Below are positions 18,184-27,589 of a stretch of 64,000 nt of DNA, piece by piece (the stretch's first letter is position 1; each line of letters starts with the position of its first letter). Both the position numbers and the translations under genes were made by a program. The notes below the pieces were generated by a model. It searched no databases. It had not been told where the DNA came from and was given only the letters and a program-made list of their open reading frames with translations. Origin of the DNA: Betaproteobacteria bacterium (GTDB taxonomy: Bacteria > Pseudomonadota > Gammaproteobacteria > Burkholderiales > Casimicrobiaceae); NCBI GenBank assembly GCA_039931775.1, contig JBDTRG010000185.1:13337-77336 (forward strand), in the 5' to 3' direction.

Positions 18184-18786
18184 CTATTTCGCGATCTCGC
18201 CGACGAACGTCCGCACGCCCCCCAGCAGCATCTCGACCGCGAGCGCCGTCAGCACGAGGCCCATCAGGCGCTCGAAGGCGAGCACCGCCCGTTCGCCGAG
18301 CCAACGCTGCAGTCGATCGGCCAGCGCGAGCACGGCGGTCGTCGCCGCCATCGCGACGGTCAGCGCCACTACCCAGCTCCCGATCCTCGATGGATCGCGC
18401 GACGCCATCAGCATCACCGTCGCAAGCGCGGATGGACCGGCAATCGACGGGATCGCGAGCGGCACGAGAAACGGTTCGCCCCCCGGCGGATCGCCGAAGA
18501 TGCCTTCCGGTCGCGGAAAGACCATCCGTATCGCGATGAGGAATAGGATGATCCCGCCGGCGATCGTCAGCGACTCCTCCGACAGATGCAGCCATTGCAG
18601 GAACGTGCGGCCGCCCATCATGAAGGCGAGCAGGATCACGTAGGCGGCCGCGCATTCGCGCAGCACGACGCGCACACGGCGCTCCGGCGCCACGTTCTTC
18701 AACGCCGAAACGACGAGCGGCACGTTGCCGAACGGATCGATGACGAGGACGAGCAGGATCGTCGCGGAAAAGAGTTCGGCGTTCAT
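18184..18786 (-). CDS. MarC-family (UPF0056) membrane protein
   Basis: LLVLVIDPFGNVPL and AIPSIAGPSA motifs, 200 aa, six TM segments. Confidence 0.9.
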   Translation of the reverse strand: MNAELFSATILLVLVIDPFGNVPLVVSALKNVAPERRVRVVLRECAAAYVILLAFMMGGRTFLQWLHLSEESLTIAGGIILFLIAIRMVFPRPEGIFGDPPGGEPFLVPLAIPSIAGPSALATVMLMASRDPSRIGSWVVALTVAMAATTAVLALADRLQRWLGERAVLAFERLMGLVLTALAVEMLLGGVRTFVGEIAK

Positions 18787-18902
18787 TCGCGCATGATACG
18801 TTTCCTCGGCGCAGCGCGCAGCCCGTCGCCGGGCGCATTCAACGCCTGTCGACGTGGGATAATCGCGGGCCTATCCAGTACCCCTACCCGGGAGCGCCAA
18901 CG

Positions 18903-21086
18903 ATGATCCATCTCCACGTCTCGTCGCTTCGCTGCGCCGGCGCCTCGATCCTCCTCGCCGCGGTCGCCGCGAGCGCGTTCGGACAGGCCAAGCCGCCTGC
19001 CGCGCCCATCCGCGATGTCACCGACACCTATTTCGGCGTCTCGGTGCCGGATCCGTACCGGTACATGGAGGACCTCAAGAATCCCGACGCATCGGCATGG
19101 ATCAAGGCGCAGGCCGACTATGCGCGCCAGACGCTCGATCGAATTCCGGGACGGGCCGCGCTCGTCAAACGGATCACCGACTTGGGCGATGCGGCACCGG
19201 CCCGCGTGTCCGGCGTGCAGTTCAACAACGGCCACTACTATTACATGAGGCGCCTGTCGAACCAGAACATCCCGAAGCTCTACATGCGCGTGGGTCTCGA
19301 AGGCCGCGAGCGGTTGCTGGTCGATCCCGAAGCGACGAAGGCGGCTGCGAAGGAACACTACGCGATCGACTACTTTTCTCCGTCGCCCGACAATCGCTAC
19401 GTCGCGTACGGAATCTCGGCCGGCGGGTCGGAAGAGAGCGTGCTGCATGTGATCGACGTGTCAACGGGCAAGGAGACCGGCGAGGCGATCGATCGCGCCC
19501 AGTTCGGCCCTCCGGCGTGGGACGACAGCAATCGCATTCTCTACAATCGGCTGCAGAAGCTCGCTCCCGGCGCGGCGAAGTCCGACAAGTACCTGAAGAG
19601 CCGCGCGTACGTCCACACGATCGGATCGAATCCCGATACCGACCGCGCGATCCTCGGTCCCGGCGTGTCGGGTGAGCTCGCGATGGATCCCCTCGCGGTC
19701 CCGTTCATCGTCACGGCGCCCGGTTCCCCGTACGTGATCGGCGGGATATCGAACGGCAACCAGCGCGAGCTGATCCTGTACATCGCCCCCGCAGCGTCGG
19801 TCGCGACCGGCGTTCCCGCATGGAAGCGCGTCGCCGTGCTGGAGGACGAAGTGACCGACGCCGCGCTGATCGGCGGCACGCTGTACCTGTTGACGCACAA
19901 GGGCGCGCCGCACTTCAAGGTCATCCGCGTCGACCCGGCGAATCCCGACCTCGCCGCGGCGCCGGTGGTCGTTCCCGCGAGCGACGCGGTGATCACTGGC
20001 ATCGCCGCGGCGAGCGACGCACTCTATGTCCGCAGGATGGTCGGCGGCATCAGCGACCTCTTGCGGCTGGAGCACACGCCCGGCTCGAAACCGGTCCCCG
20101 TGAAGCTGCCGTTCGACGGCGACATCGACGCGCTGGTCGCCGACACGCGCCTGCCCGGCGTGATCTTCGACACGGGTGCGTGGACGCGCTTCGGCGGTTA
20201 CTACGCGTACGACCCGAAGTCCGCGAAGGTCGTCGACACTAAACTGCAGCCGCAGGGCAAGTACGACAATCCGGCCGACCTCGTCTCGACCGAGGTCAAG
20301 GTGAAATCGCACGACGGCGTCATGGTGCCGTTGTCGATTGTGCATAAGCGGGGGATGAAGTTCGACGGGACGAATCCGACGATCCTCTACGGCTACGGCG
20401 CGTACGGCATTTCGCAGACGCCGTTCTACCGGCCGCAGTTTCTCGCGTGGTTCGAGAAGGGCGGTGTGTTCGCGGTCGCGCACGTGCGCGGCGGCGGCGA
20501 GAACGGCGACGAGTGGTACAAGGGCGGCTTCCAGCAAACCAAGCCCAATACGTGGCGCGATGCGATCGCGTGCGCCGAGTGGCTCGTCGCGCAGCGCTAC
20601 ACGTCCGCGGTGAAGCTGGCTATCCAGGGCGGCAGCCAGGGTGGCATCTACGTCGGCCGGTCGATCACCGAGCGGCCCGACCTCTTCGGCGCGGCGATCG
20701 ACCAGGTCCCGGTCTCCGACGCGGTCCGGTCGTCGTTCGAGACCAACGGTGAACTCGACAAGACGGAAATGGGCACCACGGAGACCGAGACCGGGTTCCG
20801 CGCGCTGCTCGCGATGAGCCCGTACCACCACATCAAGGACGGCGAAAAGTATCCGGCGGTCATGGTCGTGACCGGCATCAACGATCCGCGCGTCGACGCC
20901 TGGCAGGCCGCCAAGATGGCGGCGCGCCTGCAGGCAGCGTCGACGAGCGGCAAGCCGGTGCTGCTGCGCGTCGACTTCGACGCTGGCCACGGCTATGGGT
21001 CGACCAAGAAGCAGCGCAACGAGGAGCTCGCCGACATCTTCGCGTTCCTGCTCTGGCAGTTCGGCGTGAAGGGCTACACCCGGTAG
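18903..21086 (+). CDS. prolyl oligopeptidase (S9A) family serine peptidase, secreted
   Basis: Signal peptide. N-terminal propeller with DPYRYMEDL. Catalytic GGSQGG, with Asp and His in the C-terminal alpha/beta-hydrolase domain. Confidence 0.9.
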   Translation: MIHLHVSSLRCAGASILLAAVAASAFGQAKPPAAPIRDVTDTYFGVSVPDPYRYMEDLKNPDASAWIKAQADYARQTLDRIPGRAALVKRITDLGDAAPARVSGVQFNNGHYYYMRRLSNQNIPKLYMRVGLEGRERLLVDPEATKAAAKEHYAIDYFSPSPDNRYVAYGISAGGSEESVLHVIDVSTGKETGEAIDRAQFGPPAWDDSNRILYNRLQKLAPGAAKSDKYLKSRAYVHTIGSNPDTDRAILGPGVSGELAMDPLAVPFIVTAPGSPYVIGGISNGNQRELILYIAPAASVATGVPAWKRVAVLEDEVTDAALIGGTLYLLTHKGAPHFKVIRVDPANPDLAAAPVVVPASDAVITGIAAASDALYVRRMVGGISDLLRLEHTPGSKPVPVKLPFDGDIDALVADTRLPGVIFDTGAWTRFGGYYAYDPKSAKVVDTKLQPQGKYDNPADLVSTEVKVKSHDGVMVPLSIVHKRGMKFDGTNPTILYGYGAYGISQTPFYRPQFLAWFEKGGVFAVAHVRGGGENGDEWYKGGFQQTKPNTWRDAIACAEWLVAQRYTSAVKLAIQGGSQGGIYVGRSITERPDLFGAAIDQVPVSDAVRSSFETNGELDKTEMGTTETETGFRALLAMSPYHHIKDGEKYPAVMVVTGINDPRVDAWQAAKMAARLQAASTSGKPVLLRVDFDAGHGYGSTKKQRNEELADIFAFLLWQFGVKGYTR

Positions 21087-21124
21087 AGGGGGCGTCCGTC
21101 GCGCCCCAATCGCGGCATCCCGAC

Positions 21125-22459
21125 TCAGTGAAGCTTGACGCGCGGCTCCAGTCGATGCCGGACGATCCGCGACAGCGTATCGAGCGCCACGCGCAGATAG
21201 CCGTGGATCGAGACCTGGTGCAGCTTGTACAGCGACACGTACATCCAGCGCGCGATCAGGCCCTGCACGAGCAGACTGCCGCCGAGGAGGCGCCCCATCA
21301 GCGAGCCGACCGCCGACAGCTCCCCCAGCGAGACGAGTGACCCGAAATCCTGGAACTTGAATCGCGGCAACGGGCGGCCGCGAAGGCGCGCCCCGATGCT
21401 CTTGACCAGCATCGACGCCTGCTGGTGCGCGACCTGCGCGCGCGGCGGCAGAATGGCGCCTTCGCGGCCCGACTCGGGCCAGGGACATGCCGCGCAGTCG
21501 CCCAGCGCGAAGATGTCGGGATCCCGGGTCGTCACGAGCGTTGTGTCCACCACCAGCTGGTGCGCGCGATTGACTTCGAGACCGTCGAGGTCCGCGAGCC
21601 ACGCGGGCGCCTGGATGCCCGCGGCCCATACGACGAGATCGGCGTGGTGCACCGCCCCGCTCGCCGTATGCACGCCGTCGTCGGCGACCTCGGTGACGCG
21701 TTCGCCGGTGCGCACCGTGACCCCGAGCTTGGCGAGGAGGTCGGTCGCCGCCGCGGCGATCGCGTCGGAGAGCGGCGGCAACACCCGCGACGCCGCTTCG
21801 ATCAGCGTCAGCCGGATGTCGCGCTCCGGGTCGAGGTTCTCGAGGCCGTAGCTTGCATGCGCCTTCGTGCAATGGCGAATCTCGGCGGCGAGCTCGACGC
21901 CGGTGGCGCCTGCGCCGATGATCACGATGTCGACAGCACCCGAACCGCCGTGGCGCGCGCGCTCGTCGGCGCGCACGCACGCCGCCAGAAGCCGGCGGTG
22001 GAACCGCTCCGCGTCGTAAGCCGTGTCGAGCGAGATCGCGCGTTCGGCGACCCCCTTCGTCCCGTAGTCGTTGCTTACGCTGCCGACGCAGAACACCAGC
22101 GTGTCGTACGGTATCGTTCGCTCGGGCAGGATCTCCGCGCCCTCCTCGTCCTGCACGCGACCGAGCTTCAGCTCGCGCCGTTCCCGGTCGAGCCCGATGA
22201 CGGCGCCCTGTCGAAACCGGAACTGGTGCCAGTACGCCATCAGCACATAGTCGACGTCGTGGACGTCGGCGTCCATGCGGCCCGCGGCGATCTCGTGCAG
22301 CAGCGGCTTCCACAGGTGCGACGCGAAGTGATCGACGAGCGTCACCGTCGCGCGCCCGCGACGGCCGAGTTTGTCGCCGAGTTGCGTGGCGAGCGGAAGG
22401 CCTGCGGCGCCGCCGCCCACGATGACGACCCGATGGGATTCCGGTGCTGAAAAGGCCAT
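21125..22459 (-). CDS. ndh: type II NADH dehydrogenase
   Basis: VVIVGGGAAGL and IVIIGAGATGVE dinucleotide folds, and the C-terminal membrane-anchor region. Confidence 0.9.
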   Translation of the reverse strand: MAFSAPESHRVVIVGGGAAGLPLATQLGDKLGRRGRATVTLVDHFASHLWKPLLHEIAAGRMDADVHDVDYVLMAYWHQFRFRQGAVIGLDRERRELKLGRVQDEEGAEILPERTIPYDTLVFCVGSVSNDYGTKGVAERAISLDTAYDAERFHRRLLAACVRADERARHGGSGAVDIVIIGAGATGVELAAEIRHCTKAHASYGLENLDPERDIRLTLIEAASRVLPPLSDAIAAAATDLLAKLGVTVRTGERVTEVADDGVHTASGAVHHADLVVWAAGIQAPAWLADLDGLEVNRAHQLVVDTTLVTTRDPDIFALGDCAACPWPESGREGAILPPRAQVAHQQASMLVKSIGARLRGRPLPRFKFQDFGSLVSLGELSAVGSLMGRLLGGSLLVQGLIARWMYVSLYKLHQVSIHGYLRVALDTLSRIVRHRLEPRVKLH

Positions 22460-22486
22460 GGGGTTGCTCCGCCGTCCGCTTGCGCT

Positions 22487-24244
22487 TCAGTCGCCCCGGA
22501 CCGTGCCTTCGCGCCGCGGATCCGAGCCTCCGACCCAGCCGCCCTTGGTGCGCACGATCGCGTTGAGCCCGCTCGTCTGGTCGATCACCCGAGTCTCGTG
22601 ACCCAGCGCTCGTAGCTTCGGTTCGAGCAGGGCCGCGCTCGTTTCCCGCTCGAGTTCGGTCGGCCCGTTGCGGCTTCCGATATTCGGAAGCGCGACGGCC
22701 GCCTGCGGATCGAGCCCGAAGTCGAGCACGCCCACGAGCGTCTTGGCGACGTAGTTGATGATCGAGCTGGCACCGGGCGATCCGGTCACCATGAAGACAC
22801 GGCCGGACCGGTCATAGACGATCGTCGGTGCCATCGACGAGCGCGGCCGCTTGCCGGCCTCTACCCGATTCGCCACCGGCTTGCCATCCCTTGTCGGCAT
22901 GAACGAAAAATCCGTGAGCTGGTTGTTGAGCAGAAAGCCGCCTTCGGTCATCAATCGGCTGCCGAATGCATATTCGATCGTCGACGTCATCGCGACCGCG
23001 TTGCCGTCGGCATCGACGATCGACAGGTGCGTGGTCGACGGAAGGTCCAGCGCCGTGTCCCTACCATACGCGACTTTTCTCGATGTTGAGCGATCGGGCG
23101 GAACACCGGGTTCGGCTTGACCCATGCTGCGATCGGTCCGGATGAGACGCGAGCGCTCGGCGAGATAGCCGGGATCGATGAGACCCGTCGGCGGCGTATA
23201 AAAGTCCGGGTCGGCCATGTAGACGCTTCGATCGGCGAACGCGAGCCGTCCGGCCTCGCTGATGAAATGGGCGCTCCAGAGCGTCGTCGGCCCCATCGCT
23301 GCGAGGTCATACGGCTCCAGAATTCCCAGCATCTGCAGCACCGTGAGACCGCCCGACGATGGCAACGGCATGCCGCAGACCCGGTACGTTCGATAGCCGG
23401 CGCACACCGGTTCTCGCACCTTGATCCGGTAGCCCGCGAGATCCGCGAGCGTCATGTCGCCCGGGTTTTTCGAGGCCGTATTGACGGTGGCGACGATATC
23501 TCGCGCGATCTCGCCCTGGTAGAACGCGTTCGCGCCGCCGGCTGCGAGCCGGCGAAGCGTTGCAGCATAGGCAGGGGATTTTACCGATCGGCCCGTCGGA
23601 TACGGATTGCCGAGAAAATCGAAGAACGCTTCGCGCGCGCGAGGCTGATCGAGGAAACGCTGGCTCGACAAAAGCGCGTGCAGTCGATGCGACACCGGGA
23701 AGCCATTGTCGGCGAGATCGATCGCCGTCGCGAAGAGCTTTGCCCACGGCAACTTGCCGTGCCGCCGGTGGGTTTCGGCGAGCAACGCGACCACGCCAGG
23801 AACGCCGACCGATTTCCCGCCGACCACGGCATCGAAAAATCCGACCGGCCGGCCTTCGGCGTCCAGAAAACGGTCGGGCCTCGCCGCGGCCGGCGCGGTT
23901 TCGCGGCCGTCGTAGGCGATGAGCTTGTTGCGCCTCGCATCGTGGACCAGCATGAACGCGCCGCCGCCCAGGCCCGACGATTGCGGCTCGACGAGCCCGA
24001 GCACGAGTTGCACCGCGATCGCGGCGTCGACAGCGCTGCCTCCCTGCCGCAGGATCGCGTAACCCGCGTCGACGGCCAATGGATTCGCGGCCGCGACCAT
24101 GAAGTGCCGGCTCGCGACCGGCACTTTCTCGGTCCAGCCGGATGCTCCTTCAGGCGCCGGATCCTGCGCGCTCGCGGCGAATGTTCCCGCGAGCAAAACG
24201 GCCGCAAGCACGCAATTGCGGCGAATGGGATGGGCAGGAGTCAT
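22487..24244 (-). CDS. ggt: gamma-glutamyltransferase
   Basis: Signal peptide, and the autoprocessing site region PSTTHLSIVD (catalytic Thr). Start MTPAHPIRR lies inside track ORF 22487..24289. Confidence 0.9.
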   Translation of the reverse strand: MTPAHPIRRNCVLAAVLLAGTFAASAQDPAPEGASGWTEKVPVASRHFMVAAANPLAVDAGYAILRQGGSAVDAAIAVQLVLGLVEPQSSGLGGGAFMLVHDARRNKLIAYDGRETAPAAARPDRFLDAEGRPVGFFDAVVGGKSVGVPGVVALLAETHRRHGKLPWAKLFATAIDLADNGFPVSHRLHALLSSQRFLDQPRAREAFFDFLGNPYPTGRSVKSPAYAATLRRLAAGGANAFYQGEIARDIVATVNTASKNPGDMTLADLAGYRIKVREPVCAGYRTYRVCGMPLPSSGGLTVLQMLGILEPYDLAAMGPTTLWSAHFISEAGRLAFADRSVYMADPDFYTPPTGLIDPGYLAERSRLIRTDRSMGQAEPGVPPDRSTSRKVAYGRDTALDLPSTTHLSIVDADGNAVAMTSTIEYAFGSRLMTEGGFLLNNQLTDFSFMPTRDGKPVANRVEAGKRPRSSMAPTIVYDRSGRVFMVTGSPGASSIINYVAKTLVGVLDFGLDPQAAVALPNIGSRNGPTELERETSAALLEPKLRALGHETRVIDQTSGLNAIVRTKGGWVGGSDPRREGTVRGD

Positions 24245-24302
24245 CGCGGCACCGGTGCCGTCGTCCGGACACGCTCGGCGTCGGCCCAAAAGGCCGGTTT
24301 CG

Positions 24303-24833
24303 CTACTTCGGCAGGGAACCCTTCGCTCGGTCCCATTGCCTCTTGAAAAGCTCCATCACATCCGCGAGATGCTTGGGATCCTGGGAGCTGCTGGGCGGAT
24401 GCTTGGGATCGGCGAGGGAAGTCGCCCCGACCAAGCTGACGCCGTTCGCTTCGCACCCCACGGTGGAGCCGGTTCCATTTTTCACACCCGCGTCCATCGA
24501 CTCGAGGTAGACGCTGCACTTCGTGACCTTTCCCTTCGTGGCCCACGTATACGCCACGTCGTCGTCCTGCTTGTAAGCCGGTCCGAAGGCCTTCATCGCC
24601 GCGAACAATCGCTGCAGCGCGGCCGCGTTGTAGTCGGGATTGTCCGGCCAGATCTTCGTCTCCAGCATCAACTCGTTCTTGCTCGAATCCCGCATGAATA
24701 CGGTGACGCCAATGGAGGCGTCCCGGGCCGTCGGAATCCTTCCGGCCGTCGCGGGCTTCTTCATCTGCGCGCCGATCCCAGTAACACCGAATACGAGCGG
24801 AAGCACCAGCAGCATCGATATCGAACGTTTCAT
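24303..24833 (-). CDS. secreted hypothetical protein
   Basis: GGAGG precedes the ATG. Signal peptide MKRSISMLLVLPLVFGVTGIGA. Co-oriented with ggt and 58 nt upstream of it. Confidence 0.6.
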   Translation of the reverse strand: MKRSISMLLVLPLVFGVTGIGAQMKKPATAGRIPTARDASIGVTVFMRDSSKNELMLETKIWPDNPDYNAAALQRLFAAMKAFGPAYKQDDDVAYTWATKGKVTKCSVYLESMDAGVKNGTGSTVGCEANGVSLVGATSLADPKHPPSSSQDPKHLADVMELFKRQWDRAKGSLPK

Positions 24834-25032
24834 TGAATCCTCCCATGGATCGCGGCGGTCCTGCGCCCACAAGTCTATCTCGCGGGGGCCGGCGCGTCAG
24901 CAGGCTCGATGCGTATAGAATTCTTCGATGGCCTCGAGAGCGAAGCGGGCGCGATCCCGTGCACTTCCCGTCCGGGCGCGAACGGAAAAATCCGTACGTG
25001 GAGCCAACCCGACCGCCCGCCGCCCTCGCTAA

Positions 25033-26397
25033 GTGCAAAACAGCCGCGCCGCCGACGTTGTCGAATTTCGCCGGAGGCTCTCGTCCGATCCCGACGACCG
25101 TGTCACATGGCACAACCTGGCCGCGGCCGAAGGCGATGTCGGTCACGCGGCGGAAGCCGAGGACGCCGCCCGCCGTGCCTTGGCGCTGGGCATCGCCGCG
25201 CCGGAAACGCGTCTCGTGCTTGCCCGGGCGTTGCTGGCCCAGCGCCGCCTGGACGAGGCCGAGCGCGTGTTCGAAGAGGCCCTCGCGCTTCGACCGGCCT
25301 ATGTCGACGCTCATCGCGACCTGGCTCAGCTGCGATGGATGCGGACCGGACAGACCGAGCCCGCACTCCGCCGGCTCGAATCCGAAATCAAGCGGACGCC
25401 CCGTGAACCCGGCCTGCATTGGGTCAAGTCGCTCGTCCTGGAATTCTCCGGCGATCCGTCCGCAGCGCTTGCCGCCGCAGAGACCGGATTGAACGAGGCC
25501 GCGGACCCAATTCCGCTGCTGCGCCAAGCGGCTCACCTGTGCACGGATTTCGGCGATCCGGCGCGCGCGTTGGCCTTCGCGCGGCGCGCCGCCAGCCTAG
25601 CCCCCGCAGGGTCAGGCGCAGAAATCATCGTTTGCGAGGCGCTGCTGGCGTGCGGCCGGCTGAACGAGGCCGGGGAAATCGCGGCATCCCTATTCGCACG
25701 ACACCCGTTCAATCAATATGTCGTCGCGACGCAGGCGATCGTCTGGCGGCTCCTCGGCGACCCCCGATACGCGATGCTCTACGACTACGATTCGCTCGTC
25801 GACGTACAACAGCTCGAGCTACCGAGCGGCTGGTCGAGCCTCGATGAATTCCTGGCCGAGCTCGCTGCGGACCTCGAAGCCCTGCATGGCTTCCACACCC
25901 ACCCGTTACAACAGTCGGTGCGCGGTGGAAGTCAGCTCCCCCTCTACGCGCCCGAGCTCGCACGAAGGCCGATCGGTGCACTGTTCCGTGGCATCGAAGC
26001 CGCTGTAGCGCGTTACTTGACGAACGTCGGTCCGGGAGGCGATCCGGTTCGCTCCCGGAATGTCGGCCGGTTTGCCATTTCGACGGCCTGGAGCATCCGC
26101 CTCGTCTCCGGCGGTCACCACGTCGATCATGTTCATCCGAACGGGTGGCTGTCGTCGGCTTGCTATGTCGCGCTGCCGCGCGCCATCGGCAAGGGAGGAA
26201 CGCATCCGGGTCGCGAAGGGTGGCTGCGCTTCGGCCGCCCGTGCTTTCGAACGGATCCGCGGCTTACCGCCGACCATTTCGTCAAGCCGGAAGCCGGGTC
26301 GCTGGTGCTGTTCCCGGCCTACATGTGGCATGGCGTCGAGCCGTTCGAGTCGGAAGAACCACGGCTCGCCGTGGCCTTCGACGTGGTGCCGGGCTAG
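25033..26397 (+). CDS. TPR-repeat protein with C-terminal 2OG-Fe(II) oxygenase-like domain
   Basis: The N-terminal roughly 230 aa are TPR-like Ala/Leu helices. The C-terminus has GGHHVDHVHPNGWLSSACYV...SLVLFPAYMWHGVEPF (HxD...H facial-triad-like, PF13759/TIGR02466-type). Confidence 0.7.
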   Translation: MQNSRAADVVEFRRRLSSDPDDRVTWHNLAAAEGDVGHAAEAEDAARRALALGIAAPETRLVLARALLAQRRLDEAERVFEEALALRPAYVDAHRDLAQLRWMRTGQTEPALRRLESEIKRTPREPGLHWVKSLVLEFSGDPSAALAAAETGLNEAADPIPLLRQAAHLCTDFGDPARALAFARRAASLAPAGSGAEIIVCEALLACGRLNEAGEIAASLFARHPFNQYVVATQAIVWRLLGDPRYAMLYDYDSLVDVQQLELPSGWSSLDEFLAELAADLEALHGFHTHPLQQSVRGGSQLPLYAPELARRPIGALFRGIEAAVARYLTNVGPGGDPVRSRNVGRFAISTAWSIRLVSGGHHVDHVHPNGWLSSACYVALPRAIGKGGTHPGREGWLRFGRPCFRTDPRLTADHFVKPEAGSLVLFPAYMWHGVEPFESEEPRLAVAFDVVPG

Positions 26398-26452
26398 CGA
26401 CGGCCGACTTCCTGGTGCCGTCGAGGCAATTCCGTGCGGCGCTTCTGCGCGG

Positions 26453-27472
26453 TCACGATGCCGCGAACGGCCGGTCGTGGATCCACTGCGAGAGGATGAA
26501 CTTCTCCCCACGGGTCACGACCCTCGCGCCATGCAGTGCCTGGGCGTCGGGCTTCCCCTCGCGCATGCTGGCGAAGAATATGCCGTCGCCTGCCTTGCCC
26601 TTGTACGTATAGCCGACCTTGACGAATTCCAGGTCGCCGCCGTCGTAGTCGTCATTGAGATACATCAGGAACGTCGCCAGCCGGTCGCCCCGATACGTCC
26701 CTTCGCTACCATACGGATGTTCCCCGTCGTACAGCGAATCGTAATGCGGTTTGATGTCCTGTCCCGTCGCGTAGTGAAAGATCTGCGGTGGTTCCATCTG
26801 CTCGACGCCGCATGCGGTCGCCAGGCTGATGCGAATGCGCAGCAGCAACAGGACGAGGCCGCCTTCCACGACGGTGAAGGCGAAATCGCTGCAGGTCCGC
26901 GTCGCCAGGAAGACGGCCTTCTTGCCGGTGAACATCATCGATGGGGTGAACTTGTCGCGTCCGCGGCTGACGAGCCACGCGCACAAGTCGCGCGACGCAA
27001 AATTCTCCGCGGTGTAGATCTTCGGCCAGTCGCACACCTGCTTCGATGGTTCCGGAACGATCCACTTCTCGAGATCGATGCTGGCGCGCAGTCGTTGCCA
27101 GACATCGGGCGCCGCGAGGCCCTTCCTGACCTGATCGGCCAGCGCCTGATCGCCCGCCAGGATCAGGAGCTGCCCGCGCGCATCGTCGGCGCCGCCTTCG
27201 GCCGCGCGACGAAGCAGGTCCAGCGCTTCCGGCCAGCTCTGCGATGTCCAGGCACCCGCGCCCCTCAAGGTCGCCATCACGGACAGGGCCTGCACGTCGC
27301 CGCGCTCGACCGCTGAGGCGATCAGCGCGGTCCCCTCGATCGGCTCGAACGGTGCGCCGCGCCCGGTGAGTAGGGCCGTGCCGAGCGCGGTGGTCGCGGC
27401 CACGTCGCCGGCCTTGGCCGCGCGGCGCAGGTCGTCCATGCCCTCGTACTCGATTTCAGTGGCGCTCGTCAT
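26453..27472 (-). CDS. Sel1-repeat protein fused to prolyl 4-hydroxylase-like 2OG-Fe(II) oxygenase
   Basis: The N-terminus has AAKAGDVAATTALGTALLTG and AVERGDVQAL (Sel1-like). The C-terminus has IKPHYD...RLATFLMYLNDDYDGGDLEF...ALHGARVVTRGEKFILSQW (P4Hc). The likely start is MTSATEIEY. I could not fully reconcile the frame across 27470-27485 by eye, so the start is taken from the track translation. Confidence 0.75.
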   Translation of the reverse strand: MTSATEIEYEGMDDLRRAAKAGDVAATTALGTALLTGRGAPFEPIEGTALIASAVERGDVQALSVMATLRGAGAWTSQSWPEALDLLRRAAEGGADDARGQLLILAGDQALADQVRKGLAAPDVWQRLRASIDLEKWIVPEPSKQVCDWPKIYTAENFASRDLCAWLVSRGRDKFTPSMMFTGKKAVFLATRTCSDFAFTVVEGGLVLLLLRIRISLATACGVEQMEPPQIFHYATGQDIKPHYDSLYDGEHPYGSEGTYRGDRLATFLMYLNDDYDGGDLEFVKVGYTYKGKAGDGIFFASMREGKPDAQALHGARVVTRGEKFILSQWIHDRPFAAS

Positions 27473-27589
27473 GCGGCGAAATCTTATAGAAACCGGTCGC
27501 GGTCGTCGATGCCGAGGCGAAACCCCATCGTGGCGCCGTTTCGGCGCCACGACCTCACGATTTCGACCACCCGGTCAGAACAACCCGGA

